Shown here piece by piece: positions 12,689 to 26,757 of a DNA stretch of 64,000 nt. Each line of letters opens with the position of its first letter. Positions within the stretch are counted from its first letter, which is position 1. The position numbers and the translations under genes were made by a program. Origin of the DNA: Basidiobolus meristosporus CBS 931.73 (taxonomy: Eukaryota > Fungi > Basidiobolomycota); assembly GCA_002104905.1 (NCBI GenBank), contig MCFE01000088.1, positions 112,782 to 176,781 on the forward strand, read 5' to 3'. Below the pieces are notes generated by a model, which was not told the origin of the DNA, made no database searches, and saw only the letters and a program-made list of their open reading frames with translations.

Positions 12689-14377
12689 TTAGCAGTTGCG
12701 GGGGTTGCGAGCACACCACAATGGCTGCAAGGGCTCAGCTCCAATGCCACGATCCACTAGACGAGCTCTTTGCTCATGGATACGTGGGAACACATCGCCA
12801 GTCTTGCGAATAGTGCCGTCAGCAAGCTTGATGTCCGACCAGAGGACTTCGGCGGCCGCAGCGCCACGAGGCCACAAGACACGATCAAGGTTGATGCCAT
12901 CGATTGCTTCGGCCCAGAGACCAACCTCACCACCGAGGACAAGCTTGGACTGTTCCTTGGTCATGTTGGCGGTGAGGTCGTAGTTGTAAACAACCTGCCA
13001 ACCCTTGTAAGGATCGCACCATGAGTTGCCTTGGCTGTCACTGATCCAGGCACCACGACCACAGTCAAGATACCATCTCTCGTAGCTGGTGGAGATCACT
13101 CGATTTCCTGCCTCAACTACCTTGATGGCATCAGCGGCACCGAGCCATACTTGGACGGCAACATCCTTTCCGATGGGGATGTGGTGGCTGGTCAAGGCCT
13201 CTTGCCAGGTGATTGGAGTCTTCTTGTTCTCACGGACCCAGTTGTGAGACTTGAGGACGAATTGTCCAAAGAGGTTGTCAAGGGTGACGTTGTTCTTCTG
13301 GAGGTACTCGGGGTAGCCAGGAGAGTCCTCCCAGCACTTGAAGTTCACCTCATCGCCACCGATGTGGACGAATTCATCGTCGAACCAGGTGGTCACTTCC
13401 TTGAGGAAGTTGCGGACAATGACATCGGTCTTGGGGTTGATGATGTTCAATTGGCCACTGTTGGGCTCAGCAGCATAGTCAGACCAGTTGGGCTGCATGT
13501 TCATGCAAGTGACAATGTCAGGGAAGGCAAGACCCCAGGAGTAGGCATGGCCTGGAATATCGAACTCGGGGTAGACTCTGATGCCGCGGTCCTTGGCATA
13601 GCTGACAATGTCACGGACATCCTTCTCGGTGTAAACCCAGTGCTTGCTGTAGGCTCCCTTCTCGGCCAACTGAGGATAGGTCTTGGTCTTGAGGGGGAAG
13701 CTGTGCTGATCGATGATGTGCCAGTGGAGAACGTTGAGCTTGTTGTATGACATGCCGTCGAGGGTGCGCTTGATGTCGGCAACCTTGAGGAAGTTGCGAG
13801 AAGTGTCGATCATCACACCACGATGGGGGAACACTGGCTTGTCAGTGATCGACACTGGGGCCAATGGGATGCGGAACTGGTTGGTCTCCTCAGTCCAGCT
13901 AACAAGCTGCGAGAATGACTCGAGACCACGAAGGGCACCATACACACTCTTGGCCGTGATGGTGGCCCGACCGCCCTTGGCTGGGACATTCAGGGTGTAT
14001 GACTCATCGGTGTCGAGGTTGAGCTTGGTGTTGCCACCGCTGACTTGGATGTTGAGGTGAGTCAACAGTGGGTACTTGCCCTTGGGTGCGAGGGCGTGAG
14101 TAGGAACAGAGGTGGTAGGAGTGGGGAAGACAGTCTTGGCAACAGGGTTGAGGAGAGCACCATACTCACCCTTGGTGAAGATCAACTTCTTGTAGCGGCG
14201 GACAGCTCTCTCAAGGATATCTTTGCCAGCACCGGCCTTGATGGAGACACCGAATTCGTGATTGCTCAGACGGACGATGTTCTTGCCAATGTCCATCTTC
14301 TCAGGCAAGGGCCAGACCCAAGCCATGGAGGTGGCGGCCAACAGCGAGATAGAGGTAAGGAGTTTGATAGCAACCAT
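12689..14377 (-). CDS. GH20 hexosaminidase copy 4 (intact, 562 aa)
   Basis: Uninterrupted ORF with all GH20 motifs and a signal peptide. Confidence 0.95.
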   Translation of the reverse strand: MVAIKLLTSISLLAATSMAWVWPLPEKMDIGKNIVRLSNHEFGVSIKAGAGKDILERAVRRYKKLIFTKGEYGALLNPVAKTVFPTPTTSVPTHALAPKGKYPLLTHLNIQVSGGNTKLNLDTDESYTLNVPAKGGRATITAKSVYGALRGLESFSQLVSWTEETNQFRIPLAPVSITDKPVFPHRGVMIDTSRNFLKVADIKRTLDGMSYNKLNVLHWHIIDQHSFPLKTKTYPQLAEKGAYSKHWVYTEKDVRDIVSYAKDRGIRVYPEFDIPGHAYSWGLAFPDIVTCMNMQPNWSDYAAEPNSGQLNIINPKTDVIVRNFLKEVTTWFDDEFVHIGGDEVNFKCWEDSPGYPEYLQKNNVTLDNLFGQFVLKSHNWVRENKKTPITWQEALTSHHIPIGKDVAVQVWLGAADAIKVVEAGNRVISTSYERWYLDCGRGAWISDSQGNSWCDPYKGWQVVYNYDLTANMTKEQSKLVLGGEVGLWAEAIDGINLDRVLWPRGAAAAEVLWSDIKLADGTIRKTGDVFPRIHEQRARLVDRGIGAEPLQPLWCARNPRNC

Positions 14378-15070
14378 GACTTAATCCGGAAGTCAATAAT
14401 TAGATAAACTGAGAAGGAGACTTTGAAATCGTTGATACCTGACTTATCGCGAAGAATTTTCCTTTAAGTAGTTCAGTGGTGGTCGGGTTCTTGAGAGCAA
14501 CGTATGACGAAGTTAATTTTGTGTTGTCAGGCATTTCATTTTGCCATCATACCTCCACCATCCGTATTGCATGAGCATAACTTGTCAACGAAAACCCGCT
14601 TGAGCAAGGTGTTTGATTTGCTGAGATTGAATGAGATTACAAATTGGTTTTTTGATTGAGCGTGTATCCTAAAAGTCGCATCCATACGAAATTGCAACAG
14701 GCTTGAGTTACCGGTTTGGACGACATTCGTAGTTGTTTACTATTCGGTGAGGTCCAAATTAGGATAAAGTGCTGGCAACCTGCCTGACGATGTTCCTTCG
14801 TATCATAGTAACGGACTGAGTTTGTACAACATGCTTCTTCCATCGGAAAATTGCGCAGGATAGCATAACGTGACTATATCGCCAACATTATTATACCATA
14901 ACCATGGCGATAATAAGCCGGATAAATTCCGCAATATTTTGAGGATGATATCAAGTGCAACAAAATGCTATCCATATTACTGTATTCAACGAGATATAAA
15001 TTTTGGTCAAAATTTCTTAATTATTATTTTAAATCAAAAACATCAAAGTATGCATTATATTAAGAAAGAA

Positions 15071-15944
15071 TTGGCAGTTGTGAGGGTTGCGGGCACACCA
15101 TAATGGCTGCAATGGCTCAACATCAATGCCTCGATCAACCTGACTAGCTCTTTGCTCATGGATACGTGGGAACACATCGCCAGTCTTGCGAATAGTGCCG
15201 TCAGCAAGCTGATGTCGGGCCAGAGGACTTCGGCGGCAGTAGCGCCACGAGGCCACAAGACACGATCAAGGTCGATGCCATCGATTGCTTCGGCCCAGAG
15301 TCCAACCTCGCCACCGAGGACAGGCTTTGACTGTTCCTTGGTCATGTTGGCAGTGAGGTCGTAGTTGTACACAACCTGCCAGTTCTTGTAAGGATCGCCC
15401 TGTGGGCTACCTTGGCTGTCACCGGGGCCACTGGGATGTGGTGCTGATCGGTTTCCTCAGTCCAGCTAACAAGCTGTGAGAATGACTCGAGACCACGAAG
15501 GGCACCATACACACTCTTGACCTTGATGGTGGCCTGACCGCCCTTGGCTGGGACATTCAAGGTGTATGACTCATCGGTGTCGAGGTTGAGCTTGATGTTG
15601 CCACCGCTGACTTGGATGTTACGGTGAGTCAACAGTGGGTACTTGCCCTTGGGTGCGAGGGCGTGAGTAGGAACAGAGGTGGTAGGAGTGGGGAAGACAG
15701 TCTTGGCAACAGGGTTGAGGAGAGCACCATTCCCGCCCTTGGTGAAGATCAACTTCTTATAGCGGCGGACAGCTGCCTCAAGAATATATTTGCCTGCACC
15801 GGCTTTGATGGAGACACTAGATTCGTGATTGCTCAGACGGACGATGTTCTTGCCAATGTCCATCTTCTCGGGCAAAGGCCAGAGTCAAGCCATGGGGGTG
15901 GCCGCCAACAGTGAAATAGATGCTAGGGGTTCAATAGCTACCAT
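15071..15944 (-). pseudogene. GH20 copy 5, internally deleted pseudogene lacking the catalytic core
   Basis: The N-terminal part (15420-15944) is fused out of frame to the C-terminal part (15071-15420). About 814 bp including HRG and HIGGDE are missing, and the stop codon is mutated to CAA. Confidence 0.9.
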
Positions 15945-16727
15945 TGTTTTCCTGCTGGTTTTGCTCTCATAATTTCGGTACGTAACTTCAGGATAAACGA
16001 TACTTCTTACATTCTAAAGGCTCATAGACTGGTGGGCCTCTGCAACGGGATGTAACATTTCACTCTTTTTAGCTTTGACATGTTGATAATTCACTTCACC
16101 TGTATTGATTCAGTACGTCTCGCTATACTGGTAGTAGGTTGAAGCGGAATAAACATCTGTTACTTACAGAACTAGATTCATGGCCAGTTTCCCAACAAAC
16201 GCGTTGCAGGCTGGACTTAGTTAAATCAGGAATCTAAGATTGGTGGGCAATTGTCGAAGTACATGCCAAACGTACTATATCCTTTTGTAGAGGAACCTGA
16301 TAGAGAATATGAGAAACTTCTATCGCAGTTTTGCCGGTACGACTCATCAGGTTTTTTCCAAATCACATATCTGCAGTGTAAATCTAGGGTGTACATTGGG
16401 CGGAGTATGCTCAGAAGAGTTGAATGGCTACTTAAGGCTAGCCAATATTAAAGATAATTGTAGTACAAGCGCAACAGTGGCAGAACATATGTGCTATGGC
16501 TCATACCCACGTTGAGGCCAGGTGGGTAACCTGCACTATTACTTCGCGCAATGTATGCCTGCATCAATCAACACCTCAAAACCAGTAAGTAATTCATGAT
16601 TCAAAATTGAAACAAGCATTTCGAGAAACATGAAGAATAGTTTATGTATTCATTAATCGAGAAGGTAAAATACCGTGCAAATACTATAGCCAGAATTAGC
16701 AAAATATGCATTTCATTATAAAATAAA

Positions 16728-18417
16728 TTAGCAGTTGCGCGGGTTACGGGCACACCACAACGGCTGCAAGGGCTCAGCGTTAATACCGCGATCCACTAGA
16801 CGAGCTCTTTGCTCATGGATACGTGGGAAAACATCGCCAGTCTTGCGAATAGTGCCGTCAGCAAGCTTGATGTCCGACCAGAGGACTTCGGCGGCAGCAG
16901 CGCCACGAGGCCACAAGATACGATCAAGATTGATGCCATCGATTGCTTCGGCCCAGAGACCAACCTCACCACCGAGGACAAGCTTTGACTGTTTCTTGGT
17001 CATGTTGGCGGTGAGGTCGTAGTTGTACACAACCTGCCAGCCCTTGTAAGGATCGCACCATGAGTTGCCTTGACTGTCACTGATCCAGGCACCACGGCCA
17101 CAGTCAAGATACCATCTCTCGTAGCTGGTGGAGATCACTCGATTTCCTGCCTCAACTACTTTGACGGCATCAGCGGCACCGAGCCATACTTGGACGGCAA
17201 CATCCTTTCCGATGGGGATGTGGTGGCTGGTCAAGGCTTCTTGCCAGGTGATTGGAGTCTTCTTGTTCTCACGGACCCAGTTGTGAGACTTGAGGACGAA
17301 TTGTCCAAAGAGGTTGTCAAGGGTGACGTTGTTCTTCTGGAGGTACTCGGGGGTAGCCAGGGGAGTCCTGCCAGCACTTGAAGTTCACCTCATCGCCACC
17401 GATGTGGACGAACTCGTCGTCGAACCAGGTGGTCACTTCCTTGAGGAAGTTGCGGACAATGACATCGGTCTTGGGGTTGATGATGTTCAATTGACCACTG
17501 TTGGGCTCAGCAGCATAGTCAGACCAGTTGGGCTGCATGTTCATGCAAGTGACAATGTCAGGGAAGGCAAGACCCCAGGAGTAAGCATGGCCTGGAATAT
17601 CGAACTCGGGGTAGACTCTGATGCCGCGGTCCTTGGCATAGCTGACAATGTCACGGACATCCTTCTCGGTGTACACCCAGCGCTTGCTGTAGGCTCCCTT
17701 CTCGGCCAACTCAGGGTAGGTCTTGGTCTTGAGGGGGAAGCTGTGCTGATCGATGATATGCCAGTGAAGAACGTTGAGCTTGTTGTATGACATGCCGTCG
17801 AGGGTGCGCTTGATGTCGGCAACCTTGAGGAAGTTGCGAGAAGTGTCGATCATCACACCACGATGGGGGAACACTGGCTTGTCAGTGATCGACACTGGGG
17901 CCAATGGGATGCGGAACTGATCGGTCTCCTCAGTCCAGCTAACAAGCTGCGAGAATGACTCGAGACCACGAAGGGCACCATACACACTCTTGGCCGTGAT
18001 GGTGGCCTGACCGCCCTTGGCTGGGACATTCAAGGTGTATGACTCATCGGTGTCGAGGTTGAGCTTGGTGTTGCCACCGCTGACTTGGATGTTGAGGTGA
18101 GTCAACAGTGGGTACTTGCCCTTGGGTGCGAGGGCGTGAGTAGGAACAGAGGTGGTAGGAGTGGGGAAGACAGTCTTGGCAACAGGGTTGAGGAGAGCAC
18201 CATACTCACCCTTGGTGAAGATCAACTTCTTGTAGCGGCGTACAGCTCTCTCAAGGATATCTTTACCATCACAGGCCTTGATGGAGACACCAAATTCGTG
18301 ATTGCTCAGACGGACGATGTTCTTGCCAATGTCCATCTTCTCGGGCAATGGCCAGACCCAAGCCATGGAGGAGGCGGCCAACAGTGAGATAGAGGTAAGG
18401 AGTTTGATAGCAACCAT
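16728..18417 (-). CDS. GH20 hexosaminidase copy 6 (one extra G in a G-run near 17350)
   Basis: ORFs 17317-18417 and 16728-17234 tile a 1690-bp gene; run is ggggg versus gggg in other copies. Confidence 0.85.
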
Positions 18418-19281
18418 GACTTAATCCGGAAGTCGATTCAAGTGGCAGTCTGGGAATGAATGACTGTGAAGGTATTGATACTCCTCTGGCTCCAGCGTAG
18501 CTTCCTTTAAGTAGCTGATCGAAAACTGAGTTACGAACAACTAGATGGGGCGGGTTCATTATTGTTGCTTGGTGTGGTGTTTTACCATTGTATTCGTGAT
18601 TTTCGTCATACACAAACATTGCATGACGCCGGAAACCCGATTGAATCTGGTGGTTAAAAATATGGAGATCACAAGAGGATACATATTTGCCTAATTTCCA
18701 ATTAGCCCTCGTCCTAGGGCATGGTGTCATGATTGTTACAGATACAAATTTTGTACCTGTTTGAGTGAGTTCCAGTTTAATGAATTGCTTAGGCGGTATT
18801 CTAGATATCCAATTAGGGTATATTGCCAGTGCATCAAAGATTTACAAGCTTATTACACTCGGTTTTCTATATATACAATGTGAGATGGTAATTAGTGGAC
18901 AATACTCAAGATGGTTCAGGCAGGTAGAAATTAAGCAATGGTAAAGCACCAGCACGTTGGTTTACCGCTATATAGGTACAAATATATGCTTAATGTAACG
19001 TTATTTTAGAAACCGCGTGCTATATATGATGCAAGTACTGCGGGTACAGAAACGAGAGGTACTTCAAATAATGTGTTTTGATTTACAGTAACATGTTATG
19101 TTGATCAATGCGTCCATTATAACAAACATAAAGCTCCGAAGGGGATGATCAGTACTATGATTAACACTGCGCATTATTACTTTTACAGAACTGTCATCAG
19201 AAAATCCCTTTCGAAATTTATTTGTATCATTGTTTGCACTCAAGTCAGCAAATATTATTATTACTCATTATTAGGGAATAC

Positions 19282-20971
19282 CTAGCAGTTGCGGGGATTG
19301 CGAGCACACCACAATGGTTGCAAGGGTTCAGCATTAATACCACGATCCACTAGACGAGCTCTTTGCTCATGGATGCGTGGGAACACATCGCCGGTCTTGC
19401 GAATAGTGCCGTCAGCAAGCTTGATGTCCGACCAGAGGACTTCAGCGGCCGCAGCGCCACGAGGCCACAAGATACGATCAAGGTTGATGCCATCGATTGC
19501 TTCGGCCCAGAGACCAACCTCACCACCAAGGACAAGCTTCGACTGTTCCTTGGTCATGTTGGCAGTGAGGTCATAGTTGTAAACAACCTGCCAGCCCTTG
19601 TAAGGATCGCACCATGAGTTACCTTGACTGTCACTGATCCAGGCACCACGGCCACAGTCAAGATACCATCTCTCGTAGCTGGTGGAGATCACTCGATTTC
19701 CTGCTTCAACTACTTTGACGGCATCAGCGGCACCAAGCCATACTTGGACGGCAACATCCTTTCCGATGGGGATGTGGTGGCTGGTCAAGGCCTCTTGCCA
19801 GGTGATTGGAGTCTTCTTGTTCTCACGAACCCAGTTGTGAGACTTGAGAACGAATTGTCCAAAGAGGTTGTCAAGGGTGACGTTGTTCTTCTGGAGGTAC
19901 TCGGGGTAGCCAGGAGAGTCCTCCCAGCACTTGAAGTTCACCTCATCGCCACCGATGTGGACGAACTCGTCGTCGAACCAGGTGGTCACTTCCTTGAGGA
20001 AGTTGCGAACAATGACATCGGTCTTCGGGTTGATGATGTTCAATTGACCACTGTTGGGCTCAGCAGCATAGTCAGACCAGTTGGGTTGCATGTTCATGCA
20101 AGTGACAATGTCAGGGAAGGCAAGACCCCAGGAGTAAGGCATGGCCTGGAATATCGAACTCGGGGTAGACTCTGATGCCGCGGTCCTTGGCATAGCTGAC
20201 AATGTCACGGACATCCTTCTCGGTGTAAACCCAGTGCTTGCTGTAGGCTCCCTTCTCGGCCAACTGAGGATAGGTCTTGGTCTTGAGGGGGAAGCTGTGC
20301 TGATCGATGATGTGCCAGTGGAGAACGTTGAGCTTGTTGTATGACATGCCGTCGAGGGTGCGCTTGATGTCGGCAACCTTGAGGAAGTTGCGAGAAGTGT
20401 CGATCATCACACCACGATGGGGGAACACTGGCTTGTCAGTGATCGACACTGGGGCCAGTGGGATGCGGAACTGATCGGTCTCCTCAGTCCAGCTAACAAG
20501 CTGCGAGAATGACTCGAGACCACGAAGGGCACCATACACACTCTTGGCCGTGATGGTGGCCTGACCGCCCTTGGCTGGGACATTCAAGGTGTATGACTCA
20601 TCGGTGTCGAGGTTGAGCTTGGTGTTGCCACCGCTGACTTGGATGTTGAGGTGAGTCAACAGTGGGTACTTGCCCTTGGGTGCGAGGGCGTGAGTAGGAA
20701 CAGAGGTGGTAGGAGTGGGGAAGACAGTCTTGGCAACAGGGTTGAGGAGAGCACCATACTCACCCTTGGTGAAGATCAACTTCTTGTAGCGGCGTACAGC
20801 TCTCTCAAGGATATCTTTACCATCACAGGCCTTGATGGAGACACCAAATTCGTGATTGCTCAGACGGACGATGTTCTTGCCAATGTCCATCTTCTCGGGC
20901 AATGGCCAAACCCAAGCCATGGAGGTGGCGGCCAACAGCGAGATAGAGGTGAGGAGTTTGATAGCAACCAT
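19282..20971 (-). CDS. GH20 hexosaminidase copy 7 (+1 indel near 20137)
   Basis: ORFs 20111-20971 and 19282-20376 tile a 1690-bp gene. Confidence 0.85.
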
Positions 20972-21856
20972 GACTTAATCCGGAAGTCGATTCAAGTGGC
21001 AATCTGGGAAGGATTGACTGTGAAAGTAATGATACTCCTCTGGCTGCAGCGTATCTTTCTTTAAGTAGCAGATCGAGAGTAGAGGTACGAATAACCATGT
21101 GGGACCAGGTTAATTAAGTGTTGCCTCATGTTGTATTTCACCATCGCGTTGCCAGCATCCCTTGACTCTGAAAACCTGATATGAGCATGTGGCTGAATAT
21201 ACTGAGATTGAAAGAGGATACAAAACGGGCCGTTTCCATATCGGACCTCGTCCTAGGGAACGGAGTCGATATCGTCACAAAGGTACGACTTTTGATCCGG
21301 TTTGAGTGAGTTCCAGTTTAGTGAATTGCTTTGGAGGTAGCCTAGATTGATTGACATTAATTTAGGATATTGTATCAGTGCACTGGAAATTTATTAGCCT
21401 ACTGCCATGGTGAATGTTTACCATACTAAGAGGCGCTACCAGTAATCCAGTATGGTAGAATTTTAATATAGATATTTTGCCAATTTACTGTAAGTCCCAT
21501 AGTCTGCAATCATTGGCTTCCGTTTTTCCGGTGTGAAAATAGGCTTTCCGTAACATGATTCGACAAGCCTCGCACAATGTTGATACAGGTCTGTTTTTCA
21601 TAATGACGTGAAGCACCTCAATATCTGTGGATTTGTATAGAGCAACAGAAAAGGTAAATCAAACGCTTCAATTGGAAACATGCTCTGATAAACAACCAAT
21701 TCCGCGTCTTGGTACTATATTAAATAATAGCAATATTAATCGGCGTACTGATACTATAGTAAACAAAAATATTATCATTATTCAAAATATGTATTTATTT
21801 GTTGCATTAGGTTTGATGAATACCATCATACAGTGTTCCTACGTAACATGGAATAA

Positions 21857-23546
21857 CTAGCAGTTACGAGGGTTGCGTGCACACCACAATGGTTGCAAGG
21901 GCTTCAGCTCCGATGCCACGATCAACCAAACGCGCTCTTTGTTCGTGGATACGTGGGAACACATCGCCAGTCTTGCGAATAGTGCCATCAGCAAGCTTGA
22001 TGTCCGACCAGAGGACTTCGGCGGCAGCAGCGCCACGAGGCCACAAGACACGATCAAGGTTGATCCCATCGATTGCTTCGGCCCAGAGACCAACCTCACC
22101 ACCGAGGACAAGCTTCGACTGTTCCTTGGTCATGTTGGCAGTGAGGTCGTAGTTGTACACAACCTGCCAGCCCTTGTAAGGATCGCACCATGAGTTGCCT
22201 TGGCTGTCACTGATCCAGGCACCACGGCCACAGTCAAGATACCATCTCTCGTAGCTGGTGGAGATCACTCGATTTCCTGCCTCAACTACCTTGATGGCAT
22301 CAGCGGCACCGAGCCATACTTGGACGGCAACATCCTTTCCGATGGGGATGTGGTGGCTGGTCAAGGCCTCTTGCCAGGTGATTGGAGTCTTCTTGTTCTC
22401 ACGGACCCAGTTGTGAGACTTGAGGACGAATTGTCCAAAGAGGTTGTCAAGGGTGACGTTGTTCTTCTGGAGGTACTCGGGGTAGCCAGGAGAGTCCTCC
22501 CAGCACTTGAAGTTCACCTCATCACCACCGATGTGGACGAACTCGTCGTCGAACCAGGTGGTCACTTCCTTGAGGAAGTTACGAACAATGACATCGGTCT
22601 TCGGGTTGATGATGTTCAATTGACCACTGTTGGGCTCAGCAGCATAGTCAGACCAGTTGGGCTGCATGTTCATGCAAGTGACAATGTCAGGGAAGGCAAG
22701 ACCCCAAGAGTAGGCATGGCCTGGAATATCGAACTCGGGGTAGACTCTGATGCCACGGTCCTTGGCATAGCTGACAATGTCGCGGACATCCTTCTCGGTG
22801 TACACCCAGTGTTTGCTGTAGGCTCCCTTCTCGGCCAACTGAGGATAGGTCTTGGTCTTGAGGGGGAAGCTGTGCTGATCGATGATGTGCCAGTGGAGAA
22901 CGTTGAGCTTGTTGTATGACATGCCGTCGAGGGTGCGCTTGATGTCGGCAACCTTGAGGAAGTTGCGAGAAGTGTCGATCATCACACCACGATGGGGGAA
23001 CACTGGCTTGTCAGTGATCGACACTGGGGCCAATGGGATGCGGAACTGATCGGTCTCCTCAGTCCAGCTAACAAGCTGCGAGAATGACTCGAGACCACGA
23101 AGGGCACCATACACACTCTTGGCCGTGATGGTGGCCTGACCACCCTTGGCTGGGACATTCAAGGTGTATGACTCATCGGTGTCGAGGTTGAGCTTGGTGT
23201 TGCCGCCACTGACTTGGATGTTGAGGTGAGTCAACAGTGGGTACTTGCCCTTGGGTGCGAGGGCGTGAGTAGGAACAGAGGTGGTAGGAGTGGGGAAGAC
23301 GGTCTTGGCAACAGGGTTGAGGAGAGCACCATACTCACCCTTGGTGAAGATCAACTTCTTGTAGCGGCGGACAGCTCTCTCAAGAATATCTTTGCCATCA
23401 CAGGCTTTGATGGAGACACCAAATTCGTGATTGCTCAGACGGACGATGTTCTTGCCAATGTCCATCTTCTCGGGCAAGGGCCAGACCCAAGCCATGGAGG
23501 TGGCGGCCAGCAGCGAGATAGAGGTAAGGAGTTTGATAGCAACCAT
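21857..23546 (-). CDS. GH20 hexosaminidase copy 8 (+1 indel near 21904, close to the C-terminus)
   Basis: ORF 21864-23546 (560 aa) shifts frame about 14 codons before the normal end; the normal [14 protein letters not shown] tail is in the adjacent frame ending at 21857. Confidence 0.87.
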
Positions 23547-24314
23547 GACTTAATCCGGAAGTCGATTCAAGTGGCAATCTGGGAAGGATTGACTGTGAAA
23601 GTAATGATACTCCTCTGACTGCAGCGTATCTTTCTTTAAGTAGCAGATCGAGAGTAGAGGTACGAATAACCATGTGGGACCAGGTTAATTAAGTGTTGCC
23701 TGATGTTACATTTCACTATTGCGTTACTAGCATCACTTGACGCCGAAAACCCGATCTCGATATGTTGTAGAATATACTGAGATTGAAAGAGGATACAAAA
23801 CGAGCTGTTTCCAAATCGAACATCGTTCTAGGGAACGGAGTCGACAATGTAGTAGAGGTACAAATTTCGAACTGGTTTGAGTGAGTTCCAGCTTAGTGAA
23901 TTACGCTAGAGGTAGTCCAGACTGCTTGAACGATCATGATTATGATATAGCGCCTGTAAACTAAAAATCTACTGGTTCATGTAATTCGGTTTTCCATTTT
24001 ATCGGTGTGGATATATACGTACCAAAGCATAGCCAGGCGCATTCAGCACCCATGAGGATTGAAATGATCACTCTACCAAAACGCAGAGCACCAAACCCAG
24101 TGTAGTGAGGCCTGCAGCGCACGAGCGTATTGACACTTTAATTGGAAGCAACCACTGAGTACTCCAGGGTACTGATTTACATTAGCAGTAATACCCACTA
24201 TTGCTACCACCACGAAGTATTCACCATATGAAAGTTGAAACATCAAATTTATTGTCTTCATTAAGTTCAATAGACACCACCAAATAAATTAATACTCATT
24301 ACTATACGAAATAC

Positions 24315-26004
24315 CTAGCAGTTACGGGGGTTGCGGGCACACCACAATGGTTGCAAGGGCTCAGCTCCAATTCCACGATCAACCAAACGCGCTCTTTGCT
24401 CGTGGATACGTGGGAACACATCGCCAGTCTTGCGAATAGTGCCGTCAGCAAGCTTGATGTCCGACCAGAGGACTTCGGCGGCAGCAGCGCCACGAGGCCA
24501 CAAGACACGATCAAGGTTGATGCCATCGATTGCTTCGGCCCAGAGACCAACCTCACCACCAAGGACAAGCTTTGACTGTTCCTTGGTCATGTTTGGCAGT
24601 GAGGTCATAGTTGTACACAACCTGCCAGCCCTTGTAAGGATCGCACCATGAGTTGCCTTGGCTGTCACTGATCCAGGCACCACGGCCACAGTCAAGATAC
24701 CATCTCTCGTAGCTGGTGGAGATCACTCGATTTCCTGCCTCAACTACCTTGATGGCATCAGCGGCGCCGAGCCATACTTGGACGGCAACATCCTTTCCGA
24801 TGGGGATGTGGTGGCTGGTCAAGGCCTCTTGCCAGGTGATTGGTGTCTTCTTGTTCTCACGGACCCAGTTGTGAGACTTGAGGACGAATTGTCCAAAGAG
24901 GTTGTCAAGGGTGACGTTGTTCTTCTGGAGGTACTCGGGGTAGCCAGGAGAGTCCTGCCAGCACTTGAAGTTCACCTCATCGCCACCGATGTGGACGAAC
25001 TCGTCGTCGAACCAGGTGGTCACTTCCTTGAGGAAGTTGCGGAACAATGACATCGGTCTTGGGGTTGATGATGTTCAATTGACCACTGTTGGGCTCAGCA
25101 GCATAGTCAGACCAGTTGGGTTGCATGTTCATGCAAGTGACAATGTCAGGGAAGGCAAGACCCCAAGAGTAGGCATGGCCTGGAATATCGAACTCGGGGT
25201 AGACTCTGATGCCACGGTCCTTGGCATAGCTGACAATGTCGCGGACATCCTTCTCGGTGTACACCCATTGCTTGCTGTAGGCTCCCTTCTCGGCCAACTG
25301 AGGATAGGTCTTGGTCTTGAGGGGGAAGCTGTGCTGATCGATGATGTGCCAGTGGAGAACGTTGAGCTTGTTGTATGACATGCCGTCGAGGGTGCGCTTG
25401 ATGTCGGCAACCTTGAGGAAGTTGCGAGAAGTGTCGATCATCACACCACGATGGGGGAACACTGGCTTGTCAGTGATCGACACTGGGGCCAATGGGATGC
25501 GGAACTGATCGGTCTCCTCAGTCCAGCTAACAAGCTGCGAGAATGACTCGAGACCACGAAGGGCACCATACACACTCTTGGCCGTGATGGTGGCCTGACC
25601 ACCCTTGGCTGGGACATTCAAGGTGTATGACTCATCGGTGTCGAGGTTGAGCTTGGTGTTGCCACCGCTGACTTGGATGTTGAGGTGAGTCAACAGTGGT
25701 ACTTGCCCTTGGGTGCGAGGGCGTGAGTAGGAACAGAGGTGGTAGGAGTGGGGAAGACAGTCTTGGCAACAGGGTTGAGGAGAGCACCATACTCACCCTT
25801 GGTGAAGATCAACTTCTTGTAGCGGCGGACAGCTCTCTCAAGAATATCTTTGCCAGCACCGGCCTTGATGGAGACACCAAACTCGTGATTGCTCAGACGG
25901 ACGATGTCCTTGCCAATGTCCATCTTTTCGGGCAATGGCCAAACCCAAGCCATGGAGGTGGCGGCCAACAGCGAGATAGAGGTGAGGAGTTTGATAGCAA
26001 CCAT
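24315..26004 (-). CDS. GH20 hexosaminidase copy 9 (three single-base indels)
   Basis: ORFs 25690-26004, 24977-25693, 24553-25053 and 24315-24695 tile one gene; indels near 25697, 25043 and 24593. Confidence 0.8.
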
Positions 26005-26757
26005 GACTTAATCCGGAAGTCGATTCAAGTGGCAATCAGGGAAGGATTGACTGTGAAAGTATTGATGCTCATCCAGCTTCAGTATACCTCTCTTTAAGTA
26101 GTTGAACTTCAGTTCAGTGACGAAGATTCATGTGTGACGAAGTTAATTAAGTGTTGTCTCGTGTTGCATTTTGCTATCTTACTGAAGCTATTCGTATTTT
26201 TGAGCCTCATCTTATTCCGAAAACCCGATTGAGACAGGTGGTCGATATACTGAGATTGAAAGAGCGCACCAATTAGTATCATTCTATATTAGTATTCGCC
26301 CGAGGATACCACACTAAAATACATCAAGGTATGATATCTGAACTGGATTGAGTGACGTTTGGCTTATGGAGCAATCTTGGAGGTTGCTCAGACGGACTGA
26401 TTCCAAATAAGGATATATTGCCTGTATAATGCACGTAGACTTGCCCTCGTTCTTCATCCTGGCTGGTGTAACCATGCATCGCTACCGCCAACAAAACATA
26501 CCTTTTCCATTTTATGTATGCAGTTTCCAGACTAACATGAGAGTCTAATATTTTTGTATGTGCTGTGAAGTGTTTCGCAGACCAGACTGTTTGCGTACCC
26601 AGTGGGAATACAAGGTGTGGAAGAAATTGGTATATCTTAGCGCCCTCGGAAAGATGATACTATTCCCTTTTGTAATTTAAAATATCGTATTTATTCATTT
26701 CATTAAATAGGACGCAGATCCTTAATTAATAATACTGTTCATTACATTATGTGAGAA

